DNA of 64,000 nucleotides from Gemmatimonadales bacterium (GCA_036262935.1 DATAHW010000025.1:17094-81093), one strand, 5' to 3'. Counted from the stretch's first letter, positions 15,344 to 24,867 are shown. The notes: generated by a model from the sequence alone, not told the origin. Translations and numbers: made by a program.

Positions 15344-16446
15344 CACCCCTCCCGGGCGCGGACCGGCGTCCGCTGCACCACCTTGGGACTCACCGGCGCA
15401 CCCTCCCCCAGCCGCTCCTGCCCGCCGACTACGACCTGATCGCGGGGCTGCACACCACTCCGAGCCTCGACGAAGCCCGGCGTGCGCACCCCGAGGTCCA
15501 CCTGCCGCCGATTGGCCTTTCCCGCACTCACGACCCATACGAAGGTCGATCCCTGGAGCGCCATGACCGCATCCTCGGGGATGACCACGGCGTTGGGCCG
15601 CACGGCGGTAGCCAGCCGTACGTCGATGAACATTCCCGCCTGCAGTTGGCGGTCCGGGTTCGGCACCACCGCCTTGACCGTGATCGTGCGCCCGGGAAGC
15701 TGCACCACGGGATCCACGAAGTCCACGCGTCCGGTGAATTCCCGCCCCGGAAGCGCCGCCACCTGGAACGTCACCTGCTGCCCGTTCCTGAGCTGGTCGG
15801 CGTAGCGTTCGGGCACCTGAAAGGTGGCGTGCTGGGGCGAGATCGTCTGCAGAGTCACCAGCCGCGTGCTGGTGGTGACGTAGTCGCCGAGGCTGACGAA
15901 CCGCTGGCCCGCGACGCCGGCGAACGGAGCGCGGACGAGCGTGCGCCCGAGCCGCACCTGCAGCAGATCGAGCTCCGCCTGGGCGCTTCGCGCGGTGGCC
16001 TCGGCGCGCTCGAGCTCCGACGTGGAGGAGGCCTTCTGGGCCAGCAGGTCACGCGTGCGCGCGAGCGACTGGCGGGCCAGATCACGATCCGCTTCGGCGC
16101 GCGCCACCTGGGCCTTGAGCTCGGCATCGTCCACCTTGAACAACGGCGTGCCGCGGGCGACGAGCGCGCCTTCTCGGATCAGGATGCCGGCCAGGCGGCC
16201 TTCGATTTCCGGGCGCAGCTCGATGGACTGCATCGCCTCGATCTGACCGGTGGCCAGGATCGCATCCACGACGGTGTCGGTCCGGGCCGCGGCCACCTCG
16301 ACCGGCATCGGCGGGGGGCCGCCCCCGGACGGGGCAGACGGCTGCCCGGACGATTCGGCCTTGCTGCACGCGGCAAGGCCGATCGCGAGCCCGGCGCGCA
16401 GCAGCAAGGGCGCGGCCGCCCGCCTCATTTCAAGCATGGCTGTCAC
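15343..16446 (-). CDS. RND efflux periplasmic adaptor (MFP)
   Basis: Lipoprotein-like N-terminus (LAACS), coiled-coil hairpin (AELKAQVARAEADRDLARQSL ... AQAELDLLQVRL) and beta-barrel C-terminus. Confidence 0.9.
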   Translation of the reverse strand: MTAMLEMRRAAAPLLLRAGLAIGLAACSKAESSGQPSAPSGGGPPPMPVEVAAARTDTVVDAILATGQIEAMQSIELRPEIEGRLAGILIREGALVARGTPLFKVDDAELKAQVARAEADRDLARQSLARTRDLLAQKASSTSELERAEATARSAQAELDLLQVRLGRTLVRAPFAGVAGQRFVSLGDYVTTSTRLVTLQTISPQHATFQVPERYADQLRNGQQVTFQVAALPGREFTGRVDFVDPVVQLPGRTITVKAVVPNPDRQLQAGMFIDVRLATAVRPNAVVIPEDAVMALQGSTFVWVVSAGKANRRQVDLGVRTPGFVEARSGVQPRDQVVVGGQERLGEGAPVSPKVVQRTPVRAREG

Positions 16447-17732
16447 GGGACATTCCTGTTCGTGAAGAGTCGGTGGCCCAGAATCGCCTCCAGGCCGGCG
16501 AGGGCCAGCCGGGCGGCGTAGCGGGCCTGAACCAGATCGGCCTCGGACTGGGTAAGACGGATCTGGGCGTCGAGCACGTCGAGGATCGTCGTGGAGCCCG
16601 CCCGGTAGCGCGACTCCTGCACCCGGTAGTTTTCCTGCGCCACCAGCACACCGGTGCTCGAGAGCGCCGCCGTGGCCCTCGCCGTCACGTACGCCTCATA
16701 GGCCTGGGTAACATCGGGACGTGCCGCCCGCTCCAGGTCCTCGCGGATGGCGCGCGACACATCGCGGTTGACCCGCGCCTGGGAGATCGCCAGCTCGCGT
16801 CGACCGTCGTCCCAGATCGGCAGCGAGACGCTCAGCGCGATGGAGGACACGTTTCGCGCGCTCGGAAAGAAGCTATCGTCGAACCGGACGTGGGTTCCGA
16901 GCAGCGTGACCTGCGGCAGGTACTGGCCCCGCTCGGCCTTGAGGAGCGCCGCCGCCGCCCGCTCGCCGGCGCGAGCGGCCCGATACTGCGGCCCCTGGGT
17001 CACGGCGAGCTGCACCGCCTCGTCCAGTCCCAGCGGCAGCTCCGGCGCCGGCGCGGTGTCCACCGGTTCGGCGTCCACCGGGCCCGCTTCGCCCACCCGG
17101 CGGCCGAGCTGCAGGCGGGCCACCCGGAGCGCCGCGTCCCGCCGGAGCTGGTCGGTCCGCGCCTGCGTCAGCTCGAGCACGAGCTGCAGCGAGTCGCTCT
17201 GTACGGCCGCGCCCGACACCACGCGCGCCCGCGCAATGCCAAGCCCTTCCTCCGCCCGCCGCGTCCGGTCGGCCGCGACCCGGGCCAGTTCCTGGTTCTG
17301 CAGTACATCGTAGTAATCCGCTTCGGTCAGGAGCGCGGAGCGGAACCGCTGCTCGAGCTCGCCCGCGTCGGCGCTCTCGAGCTCCGCCCGCGTTCGGCCG
17401 AGGTCGGCGAGCTTCCTGGCATTGAACAGGTCATAGCTCGCCTGGAAGGTCGCGTTGACGGCGTCGCTCTGATTCCGCCCCGTGCCGATGTTGAAGAATT
17501 CGGTCGAGTACCGGGTGGCATCGATCGAGACGCCGAGCGACGGGAGCACGAACACCGCCAGAGCGGCGCGGCGGCCCCACTCGGCGTTGTCCACCTGGCC
17601 AAGCGCCCGGACGTAGTTCGGATCGAGCCGGGCAGCCCGGGCGATCGCCTGGTCGAGGGTCACGCGGGGCGCCTGGACCGGGGCTTGAAGCGACGCCGTG
17701 GCCTGGAGCGCGAGCAGCAGCCCGAAGATCAC
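16443..17732 (-). CDS. TolC-family outer-membrane efflux protein
   Basis: VTLDQAIARAARLDPNY, duplicated OEP repeats and TILDVLDAQIRLTQSEADLVQARYA. Confidence 0.9.
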   Translation of the reverse strand: MIFGLLLALQATASLQAPVQAPRVTLDQAIARAARLDPNYVRALGQVDNAEWGRRAALAVFVLPSLGVSIDATRYSTEFFNIGTGRNQSDAVNATFQASYDLFNARKLADLGRTRAELESADAGELEQRFRSALLTEADYYDVLQNQELARVAADRTRRAEEGLGIARARVVSGAAVQSDSLQLVLELTQARTDQLRRDAALRVARLQLGRRVGEAGPVDAEPVDTAPAPELPLGLDEAVQLAVTQGPQYRAARAGERAAAALLKAERGQYLPQVTLLGTHVRFDDSFFPSARNVSSIALSVSLPIWDDGRRELAISQARVNRDVSRAIREDLERAARPDVTQAYEAYVTARATAALSSTGVLVAQENYRVQESRYRAGSTTILDVLDAQIRLTQSEADLVQARYAARLALAGLEAILGHRLFTNRNVP

Positions 17733-20700
17733 TCGGCCTCCAGCGCGGCAAGCGACGGCTGCCCGGTCTTGCCCCGGCCCCGGACTCGCTGGCGCAGACC
17801 ATCGAAGATCACGTAGACGGCGGGTACGACGTAGAGCGTGAGCAGTGTAGAGAAGAGTACCCCGCCCACGATGGCATAGCCGAGCGGCCGGCGGCTGATC
17901 GATCCCGCGCCCAAGCCGAAGGCGATCGGCACCGCGCCCATGACCGTGGCCACCGACGTCATCAGGATGGGTCGAAAGCGGATGCGACCCGACTCGAGGG
18001 CTGCGTCCAGGGTGCTCATCCCGCGCTCACGGAGCTGATTGATGTACTCCACGAGGAGGATGGAGTTCTTGGTTACCAGGCCGATGAGCAGGATCATCCC
18101 GATCTGGCTGTACAGGTTGAGAGTCGCCCCGGCCAGCTTGAGCGTGAACAGCGCGCCGGTGACGGCCAGCGGCACGGCCAGGAGCACGGTAAAGGGATGG
18201 ATCAGCGACTCGAACTGGCTCGCCAGCACCATGAACACCACCAGCAGGGCCAGGAGGAACGCGAAATAGAGCGAGGAGCCGCTCTCGTCGAGCTCCCGCG
18301 ACTCCCCGGCCAGTGCCGTGCTGCTGCCCTTCGGGAGCACCTCGCTCGCGATCCGGGTGAGCGAGTCGAGCGCCTCGCCCAGGGTGAAGCCGGGGGCAAG
18401 TCCGGCCGTCAAGGTGGAAGCCCGGACCCGGTTGAAGTGGTTCAGCTCGCGCGGGCCCACCCCTTCCTTCACGCTGGCGAGCGCCTCCAGCTTGACCAAC
18501 TCGCCGGCGCGGCCGCGCAGGTACAGTCCCGTCATGTCGCTCGGCGTGGCGCGCGCGCGCGGGTCGAGCTGCACGATGACGTCGTACTGCTTGTTGTTGC
18601 GGGTGAAGGTGCTGGTGCGGTTGCCGCCGAGCAGCACCTGCAGGGTGGTGGCGACGTCGCCCACGGGCACGCCCAGGTCTTCGGCGCGGTCGCGGTCGAA
18701 GTTTACCGTCAGCTCCGGCTTGTTCACCCGAAGGTCGCTGTCCACGTTGATCAACCCCTTTACCTGCCGCGCGCGGGCAAGGAGCGTGTCATTGCCCTTC
18801 ACCAGCAGGTCGAAGTCGGGGTTCTGGATGACGAACTGTACCGGGTTCCCGAAGCCGAACGCCGGCGGATTGTTGGCGAAGGCGAACACGCCGGGAATCG
18901 CGAAGTAGCCGCCCTGGACCTCGCCGAGGATGTCCTGAATCGACCGGGTCCGCCGGTCGAAATCCACCAGATTGGTGAAGATCATTCCCCGGCTCACGCC
19001 GTCACCGATGTTGACCACGCTGAAGTAACTCTCGACGTCCTTGGTCTTGTCGAGCACCGCCTCGGCCTCCCGCTGATACCCGTCCGTGTACGCCAGCGAC
19101 GAGCCTTCGGGGGCGATGATGATGGAGAAGAACCAGCCCTTGTCCTCGGGTGGCACGAATTCGCGCTTGAGCGAGCGGAACACCAGCACGGCACCCAGCG
19201 TGAGCAGCACCACCGCCCCGACCAGGGCGTAGCGGTGGCGCACGGCCGCGCGGAGCGTGCGGGCATAGCCGGTGGCCAGGGCGTTGAAGCCGCGCTCCAG
19301 CACGCGGTAGAGCACCCCGTGCCGGGCCGGCACGCGCAGGATCCTGGCGCAGAGCATGGGCGTCAGGGTCAGGGCCACGAACCCCGAGACCACCACCGCG
19401 CCCGCCACCGCGATGCCGAACTCGTTGAACAGTCGTCCGGTCGAGCCCTTGAGGAACGCAAGCGGGGTGAACACCGCCACCAGCGAGATGGTCGTGGCGA
19501 TGACCGCGAACCCGATCTCGCGGGTGCCATTCGTGGCCGCGGCCTCCGGACTCTCGCCCAGCTCCTCCTGATGGCGGTACGCGTTCTCCAGCACGATGAT
19601 CGCGTCATCCACCACGATGCCGATCGCCAGCGTGAGGGCGAGCAGCGTGAAGTTGTTGATGGAGAAGCCCAGGAAGTACATGATCGCGAACGTCGCGACG
19701 ATCGAGGTCGGGATCGCGAGTCCGGGGATGATGGTGGCCCGCAGGTTCCGGAGGAAGATGAAGATGATGATGACCACCAGCGCCGCGGCGATGATCAACG
19801 TCTCCTGCGCCTCGCGGATGGATCGGGACACGAAGATGGATTCGTCGAACGCCACGTTGAGCCTGACGCCGGGCGGGAGCGACTCCTGGATCTTCGGCAG
19901 CTCGTTCCGGATGGCGTCCGCCACCTGGATGATATTCGCCTTGGATTGGCGGACCACGCCGATCGCCACGGCGGACGTCCCATTGAACCGGAGCAGGCTC
20001 CGGTCGTCCTCGGCGCCGAGCTCCACGCGGCCCAGGTCCCGCAGCTTGACCAGCACGCCCCCGGTGCTCGACACCACCAGGTCGGCGAACTGCTCGGGAG
20101 TCTTGAGCTCGCCCAGGGAGCGCACCGTGAACTCGCGCCGCTCCGACTCGATTCGGCCGGCCGGCACCTCGACGTTGCGGCTCCGGATCGCCTGCTGCAC
20201 GTCCTGCACGGTGAGGCCGCGCGCCGAGAGCTCGGCGGCCGACAGCCATACCCGCATGGAGAAGCGGCGCTCGCCGAAGATGCGGGCCTGCCCCACTCCC
20301 GGCAGGGTCTGCAGGCGGCTCTTCACCAGGCGATCGCCCAGGTCGGAGAGCTGCAGCAGATCGTAGTTCGCACCCGACAGCGCCAGCCAGAAGAACGGCT
20401 GCGCGTCGGCCTCCTGCTTGGCGACCACCGGCTCGCGTACTTCCTCGGGCAGCCGGCCGCGCACGCGGGCCACCTTGTCGCGTACGTCCTGGGCGGCCGC
20501 CTCGACGCCGCGCTCGAGGTTGAACTCGAGGGTGATGTTGCTGAACCCTTCGGCGCTCGAGCTCGTAAGGGTGCGGAGCCCCTCGACGGTGCTGAGCTCC
20601 TCCTCCAGAATGTCGGTGACCGCCGATTCAACGACCTGCGGATTGGCGCCCGGCAGCTCGGTGCTCACCGAGACGATGGGCGGATCCACGTCGGGGAACT

Positions 20701-20806
20701 CGCGCACGGCCAGCCGGGTGTAGCCGATGGCGCCGAACAGGATGAGCGCGAGGCTCACCATGCTGGCAAGCACGGGCCGGCGGATGGACAGGTCCGAAAG
20801 CTTCAC
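17729..20806 (-). CDS. RND efflux transporter permease (AcrB/HAE1-like)
   Basis: 1025 aa. MKLSDLSIRRPVLASMVSLALILFG ... GIVVDDAIIVLEN ... 12-TM architecture. Confidence 0.95.
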   Translation of the reverse strand: MKLSDLSIRRPVLASMVSLALILFGAIGYTRLAVREFPDVDPPIVSVSTELPGANPQVVESAVTDILEEELSTVEGLRTLTSSSAEGFSNITLEFNLERGVEAAAQDVRDKVARVRGRLPEEVREPVVAKQEADAQPFFWLALSGANYDLLQLSDLGDRLVKSRLQTLPGVGQARIFGERRFSMRVWLSAAELSARGLTVQDVQQAIRSRNVEVPAGRIESERREFTVRSLGELKTPEQFADLVVSSTGGVLVKLRDLGRVELGAEDDRSLLRFNGTSAVAIGVVRQSKANIIQVADAIRNELPKIQESLPPGVRLNVAFDESIFVSRSIREAQETLIIAAALVVIIIFIFLRNLRATIIPGLAIPTSIVATFAIMYFLGFSINNFTLLALTLAIGIVVDDAIIVLENAYRHQEELGESPEAAATNGTREIGFAVIATTISLVAVFTPLAFLKGSTGRLFNEFGIAVAGAVVVSGFVALTLTPMLCARILRVPARHGVLYRVLERGFNALATGYARTLRAAVRHRYALVGAVVLLTLGAVLVFRSLKREFVPPEDKGWFFSIIIAPEGSSLAYTDGYQREAEAVLDKTKDVESYFSVVNIGDGVSRGMIFTNLVDFDRRTRSIQDILGEVQGGYFAIPGVFAFANNPPAFGFGNPVQFVIQNPDFDLLVKGNDTLLARARQVKGLINVDSDLRVNKPELTVNFDRDRAEDLGVPVGDVATTLQVLLGGNRTSTFTRNNKQYDVIVQLDPRARATPSDMTGLYLRGRAGELVKLEALASVKEGVGPRELNHFNRVRASTLTAGLAPGFTLGEALDSLTRIASEVLPKGSSTALAGESRELDESGSSLYFAFLLALLVVFMVLASQFESLIHPFTVLLAVPLAVTGALFTLKLAGATLNLYSQIGMILLIGLVTKNSILLVEYINQLRERGMSTLDAALESGRIRFRPILMTSVATVMGAVPIAFGLGAGSISRRPLGYAIVGGVLFSTLLTLYVVPAVYVIFDGLRQRVRGRGKTGQPSLAALEAE

Positions 20807-20899
20807 TGGGTGGACGCCCTCTTGAGCACGGTGGAACGGCTGGAGCTGACTGTCGCCTCTGTGGTCGTTCGCGGGCGTCCCGGTTCGACAGGGGAGCCG

Positions 20900-21304
20900 A
20901 TGCGACCCGTTGCCCTACGGAACGCCTTCACGAGAGATTCAGGGATGGCCCTCAAGCTTTCCTCGCGCCAGCAGGCGCAGCTCGCCTACCTGCAGACCCT
21001 GCCGCCGCGGTTCGACCGCGTCCGGGCCGTGGTTGAAGAAATGGCCGCGCTCCGGGCCGACGACATCGTCGTTCGCGGGCTGGCGCGGCTGCTAGATCAG
21101 ATCAAGGGTGAAGCGGGAGCGTTGAGCCTGACGGGCATCGCCGAGACCGCCGGAATCATGGGCACGATGACCCGGCGGGGAGGCGGTCTGCAAATGAAGG
21201 TGCGTGGCCTGCGGGAACTCCTGGGCAGCCTCAAGATCAATTACGAGGCCGCGGTGCGCGCTGCCAGCACGCCGGAAGCTGGCCAGGAGCCGGCCGGCTC
21301 CTGA
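20900..21304 (+). CDS. Hypothetical helical protein (weak Hpt-like motif with Gln at the His position)
   Basis: GGGGAG lies before the ATG at 20900. LLDQIKGEAGALSLTGIAE resembles the Hpt motif H-x-[LI]-K-G-x-[AS]-x-x-[LI]-G but has no His. ATG 20945 is an alternative start. Confidence 0.5.
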   Translation: MRPVALRNAFTRDSGMALKLSSRQQAQLAYLQTLPPRFDRVRAVVEEMAALRADDIVVRGLARLLDQIKGEAGALSLTGIAETAGIMGTMTRRGGGLQMKVRGLRELLGSLKINYEAAVRAASTPEAGQEPAGS

Positions 21305-21306
21305 GG

Positions 21307-21483
21307 CTAGCGGCGGACAACGGCCCGACCACGCATGGCAAGCAGGCGGTCGATCATGGGTCCCGAGACGAGCACGATGGAGGCGTTCACCAGAACGCCC
21401 ACCAGCGCCGACACCAGGGCGAGGGCGCTCAGGATGAGGGTGGCCCCGATCGAGGCCAGCAGCACTCCAATCCAGTACATCAT
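21307..21483 (-). CDS. 58-aa hydrophobic mini-protein
   Basis: GGAGACAGGCC-ATG. The product is MMYWIGVLLASIGATLILSALALVSALVGVLVNASIVLVSGPMIDRLLAMRGRAVVRR, with two predicted TM helices. It falls below the track length cut-off. Confidence 0.3.
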   Translation of the reverse strand: MMYWIGVLLASIGATLILSALALVSALVGVLVNASIVLVSGPMIDRLLAMRGRAVVRR

Positions 21484-21574
21484 GGCCTGTCTCCGATCCC
21501 GGGTTTGCGGCGCCGTAGGTTAGCGCGGCCGGGGCGGTCTCCGCAACCCGCTCACCCTTTCCACGAGGAGTCCC

Positions 21575-22180
21575 ATGCGCGCACTCACCGCCGCCGGTCT
21601 GCTGCTGTTCCCCGCTCTCATCCACGGCACGCTCCCGGACGGGTGGTCCGCCCGCGCCGACGGCACCGCCAGGGTGACCGGCGCGAGGGTCGTTGGGAAG
21701 GGCACGGGGATCCATGTAACGCCAGGCCCCGCCATCATCCTGTACCGCGAAGACACGCGGGGCAGCGGGCCTGTCCACACGCTCGCCACCTTTACCCAGA
21801 CTCGGAAGACGGCCCATCCCGAGGGCTATGGGCTGTTCTACGGAGGCCGGGACCTGAACGGCGCGGCCCAGCAGTACACCTACTTCCTGGTGCGGGGCGA
21901 CGGAAGCTACCTCATCAAGCGGCGCGAAGGTGAGCAGACGACCGACATTACCCGGGGCTGGGTGCCGAGTCCGGCCGTGCACAAGCTGAATGCGAAGGGA
22001 ACCGCCACCAATCTGCTGGAGATCGACAACAAGAAGGAGCCCGACGAGGTGGTCTTCAAGGTGAACGGCCAGCCGGTGCACAGCCTCAAGGCCAGTGCGA
22101 CGGACGTGAACGGCATCGTCGGGATCCGGGCCAACCACCACCTGGACCTGCAGATCGACGGCTTCGGCGTGCACCGCTGA
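21575..22180 (+). CDS. Secreted DUF1080/3-keto-disaccharide-hydrolase-like (LamG-fold) protein
   Basis: Signal peptide MRALTAAGLLLFPALIHG. YTYFLVRGDGSYLIKRR ... NLLEIDNKK ... IVGIRANHHLDLQIDGFGV is typical of this family. The antisense ORF 21092..22174 is rejected. Confidence 0.7.
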   Translation: MRALTAAGLLLFPALIHGTLPDGWSARADGTARVTGARVVGKGTGIHVTPGPAIILYREDTRGSGPVHTLATFTQTRKTAHPEGYGLFYGGRDLNGAAQQYTYFLVRGDGSYLIKRREGEQTTDITRGWVPSPAVHKLNAKGTATNLLEIDNKKEPDEVVFKVNGQPVHSLKASATDVNGIVGIRANHHLDLQIDGFGVHR

Positions 22181-22183
22181 ACG

Positions 22184-23701
22184 TCAGCCGGCGCGCTGCC
22201 GTTCCGCCCGCAAGAGCCGGTCGGCGGCGTACCGGATGGTGCCGTCCCCGTCCCGGGCGAGCCGCTCCAGCGTGGTCCGGGCGGTAGAAGAGTTGGCCAG
22301 AGCGAGCGCGGCCACCGCGGCAAGGCGCTGCCCTGTGGTGTGTCCCTCCCGTCGGAGCAGCCGGCGGCGGCTGGCGGCCACACCCGCGAGCGCGGCACAA
22401 CTTTCCAGGGTCCCGACGCTGCCCAGCGCGGTGACAAGCGCGTGCCACGCCTCGCGGTCGCGCTCGGCGCCGAGCGCGGCCACCAGCAGCAACGCGAGCG
22501 CCCCGGCACGCCAGGTTGCGATCGCCTCGGCGGCGGCGGCCCGCGTGTGGGGGTCGGGATGGCGGAGCGCCTGCCGCAGCGGGTCGGCGGCGGGGCCGTC
22601 GTGGATCTGGCCGATCGCGCGTACCGCGGCCGCCCGCACCGTGGCGTCCGGGTGGCTCAGGAGTGGCGCGAGCTCGCCGATTCCATCCGGTCGCCCCAGG
22701 CGGCCCAGCAGCGTCGCACCGTGACGAATCTCGTGCACGTAGCGGCCCGCCAGCAGCGGCGTCACCAAGGGGTATACACCGGGCATCGCCCCGAGCACAT
22801 CGTAGTAGAAACCCGTGGTTCCCGCAGCGCCGCCCTCCACCAGCCGGCCCAGGATGAGTTGCGCCGCATCGAGCCCGAGCCAGCGGAGCACCTCCGCCGT
22901 CGCCGCACGCAGCTCGATCTCCCGCTCGGCCAGATCGGTCAGTGACTCGATGGCGCGACGGGGCACCGCGCGGCGGAGCTGGATCCCGTAACTCCGCCGC
23001 TCTGCCGCCGGGACCCTCGGCGCCAGCCGCACCAACGCCACCGCCGCGGCGAGCACCGCGTCCCACGCGCATGCGCGGACTGCTCGCCCGAGCAGTTCGT
23101 GGAGCCGGGCGATCTCGGCGCGCTGATTCCTGACCAGCTCCAGGCGCCGCTCTCCGCCTGCGCGCCGATCCGCCCCCCGCCGTCGCTCGAAGCCCCGGTG
23201 ATGCGCGGCTCCCGGACGCCGGCGGTCATCCCATCCACGCCGCTCGGCAGCGCGCCGCGGCTGGACCGACGGCTCGGCCGGCCGCTCCGCTCCCCCACCC
23301 GGTTCTCCGTCCGGCGGGGCAAGGCGCTGCACCATCTCGAGCTCGATGTGGGGGGAGGATGGCAACGGGGTGACATCGTGCGACAGCGCGCGCGCGAGCG
23401 CCAGCAGCTCATGCGGCTCGGCGCCCGCGGCCACTCGCAACACGTCCACCTGCCGGGCGAGGAGGCGGCCTTTGAGCGTCAGGTCCTCGGGTATCACGCT
23501 CCAGTGAATGCCGGCTTCGACTTCGACGGCTTGAGCCGCCACCGCGCCGGTGGCCGCCGCGAGCGCGAGATCCTGGGCGGCGTCGTTTCCGGGGTCGGCG
23601 CGCAGCAGGGCGATGAGATCGCCGAATCGCTGGATGAAGGAGGACCTGGAATCCAAGCGGGGTCTCCTCTGCGGGGGAGGGATCCTGACAAGCTGCACCA
23701 C
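22184..23701 (-). CDS. HEAT-repeat protein
   Basis: Repeated PD(A/P)xVRAAA(V/A)xA(I/L)G units, e.g. HPDATVRAAAVRAIGQI and HPDPHTRAAAAEAIA. Confidence 0.75.
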   Translation of the reverse strand: MVQLVRIPPPQRRPRLDSRSSFIQRFGDLIALLRADPGNDAAQDLALAAATGAVAAQAVEVEAGIHWSVIPEDLTLKGRLLARQVDVLRVAAGAEPHELLALARALSHDVTPLPSSPHIELEMVQRLAPPDGEPGGGAERPAEPSVQPRRAAERRGWDDRRRPGAAHHRGFERRRGADRRAGGERRLELVRNQRAEIARLHELLGRAVRACAWDAVLAAAVALVRLAPRVPAAERRSYGIQLRRAVPRRAIESLTDLAEREIELRAATAEVLRWLGLDAAQLILGRLVEGGAAGTTGFYYDVLGAMPGVYPLVTPLLAGRYVHEIRHGATLLGRLGRPDGIGELAPLLSHPDATVRAAAVRAIGQIHDGPAADPLRQALRHPDPHTRAAAAEAIATWRAGALALLLVAALGAERDREAWHALVTALGSVGTLESCAALAGVAASRRRLLRREGHTTGQRLAAVAALALANSSTARTTLERLARDGDGTIRYAADRLLRAERQRAG

Positions 23702-23951
23702 GGCACGTGAGTTCGCAATGTGCCGCCGGCAGCGCGTGAGCGGAGTCTAGCCCGGCTCGTGTGGTGTTAGTCGTTATATGCAGTTGACGCACTGTAGGCG
23801 GGTCAAACGCGCCTCTATTGACGGCGTGCTGCATTGCTGTAGATTAAAATATGCTCGATCTGCGAAATTTTGATATCACCACGTCATCCAACCCCTGCCG
23901 TTCCACGTAGGGTCGAGCCGTGTCCGGGTGCAGGTCGCATACAGTAGTTCC

Positions 23952-23984
23952 GGCCCGCTCGACTCCGAGCGGGCCATTTCGTTG
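23952..23984 (+). promoter_or_regulatory. Terminator-like hairpin in the porin leader
   Basis: Perfect 9-bp stem GGCCCGCTC (23952-23960) / GAGCGGGCC (23967-23975), then ATTTCGTTG. It lies about 50 nt upstream of the ATG at 24025 and downstream of an AT-rich promoter-like stretch (about 23830-23880). Confidence 0.3.
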
Positions 23985-24024
23985 CCTCCGGGCACCTTCA
24001 CAGCCTCTCCGACAGGAGCCTACA

Positions 24025-24867
24025 ATGCGGTGCGCGAGCGTGGTGCGGGCAGGTTGGGCGGTCACGGGTGTATTCTCGACCGCCACGCCCTCTTACGGGC
24101 AGGCGAGGGTGAGTGCGGACCTGGGTCTCTTCAGCGCCTATGTATGGCGCGGCCTGAGCCTCACCAATCGACCGGTGGCGCAACCAGACTTCTATTTGAC
24201 GTTTCCGGCCGGCAGCGCCGCCTTGACTGTCGGCGGGTGGGCCAACGTCGAGCTGGGGAGATACGACGATACGGCGAACGATCTGAGCGAGAGCGGCGGC
24301 ATGTCGGCGCTCGACGTCGCCGAGGTGGACGCGTGGGCGGAGGTCAGCGCCCCCGTTGAAAAACTTACGCTTACGGGCGGGGCTCTGCTGTACGTCTTCC
24401 CCAACGGCGCGGGGTTTACCTCGGGCTCCAACACCGTCGAGGTCTATGCCAGGGCGGCTCTCGACGCGAGCCTCAGCCCGAAGCTGGCGGTGTGGTATGA
24501 CGTGGACAAGATCGGCGGAGCGTATCTGGAGGCCAGCATCGCCCAATCCGTCCCGCTCGATGGGAGGCACTCGCTGACTCTCAACGCACTGGCCGGGTTA
24601 GACGCGGGGCAGAGCATCCCGGGAAATCCGGGCTCGCCCGACCTGGCCAGCTTCCACGACGACGGGTTCACCCATCTCGATCTGTCGGCAGGCATGCCGC
24701 TCACAACGGGAGGCGTTGCCCTCACGCCGGCGGTGCACCTGGTCATTACGGGCGACCGGTTCACCCGCACGACATCACCAGGCCGAACACACGACCTGAA
24801 AGTATGGGGCGGTGCGGCGCTCAGTTGGTCGAAGGCGCTCGGCCGGGGATCGGGTACCATGGAGTAG
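24025..24867 (+). CDS. TorF-family (TIGR02001-like) outer-membrane beta-barrel
   Basis: AGGAG lies before the ATG. VSADLGLFSAYVWRGLSLTNRPVAQPDFYLTF matches the family N-terminus. The rest has an alternating beta-strand pattern. Confidence 0.65.
   Translation: MRCASVVRAGWAVTGVFSTATPSYGQARVSADLGLFSAYVWRGLSLTNRPVAQPDFYLTFPAGSAALTVGGWANVELGRYDDTANDLSESGGMSALDVAEVDAWAEVSAPVEKLTLTGGALLYVFPNGAGFTSGSNTVEVYARAALDASLSPKLAVWYDVDKIGGAYLEASIAQSVPLDGRHSLTLNALAGLDAGQSIPGNPGSPDLASFHDDGFTHLDLSAGMPLTTGGVALTPAVHLVITGDRFTRTTSPGRTHDLKVWGGAALSWSKALGRGSGTME

Noticed and set aside
18197-21304. 1035-aa + strand ORF opposite the RND pump. Similar long antisense ORFs are 39389..41794 (opposite gyrA), 27865..29424, 29913..31412, 51201..52643, 16473..17816 and 36784..38109.
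   Set aside because: Their composition is Arg/Gly/Pro/His-rich with no recognisable domains. Each fully overlaps a gene with strong family motifs. Stop-codon-poor antisense frames are expected in very GC-rich DNA. Only the last 134 codons of 18197..21304 (20900-21304, outside the pump gene) were kept.
21092-22174. 360-aa minus-strand ORF.
   Set aside because: It is antisense to the DUF1080-like gene, which has a signal peptide and family motifs. The minus-strand product has no features.
24821-24867. 47-nt 3'-end overlap between the porin gene and gabT.
   Set aside because: Both stop codons are fixed by frames with good family support. Convergent tail overlaps of this size occur in compact GC-rich genomes, and no frameshift is needed to explain it.
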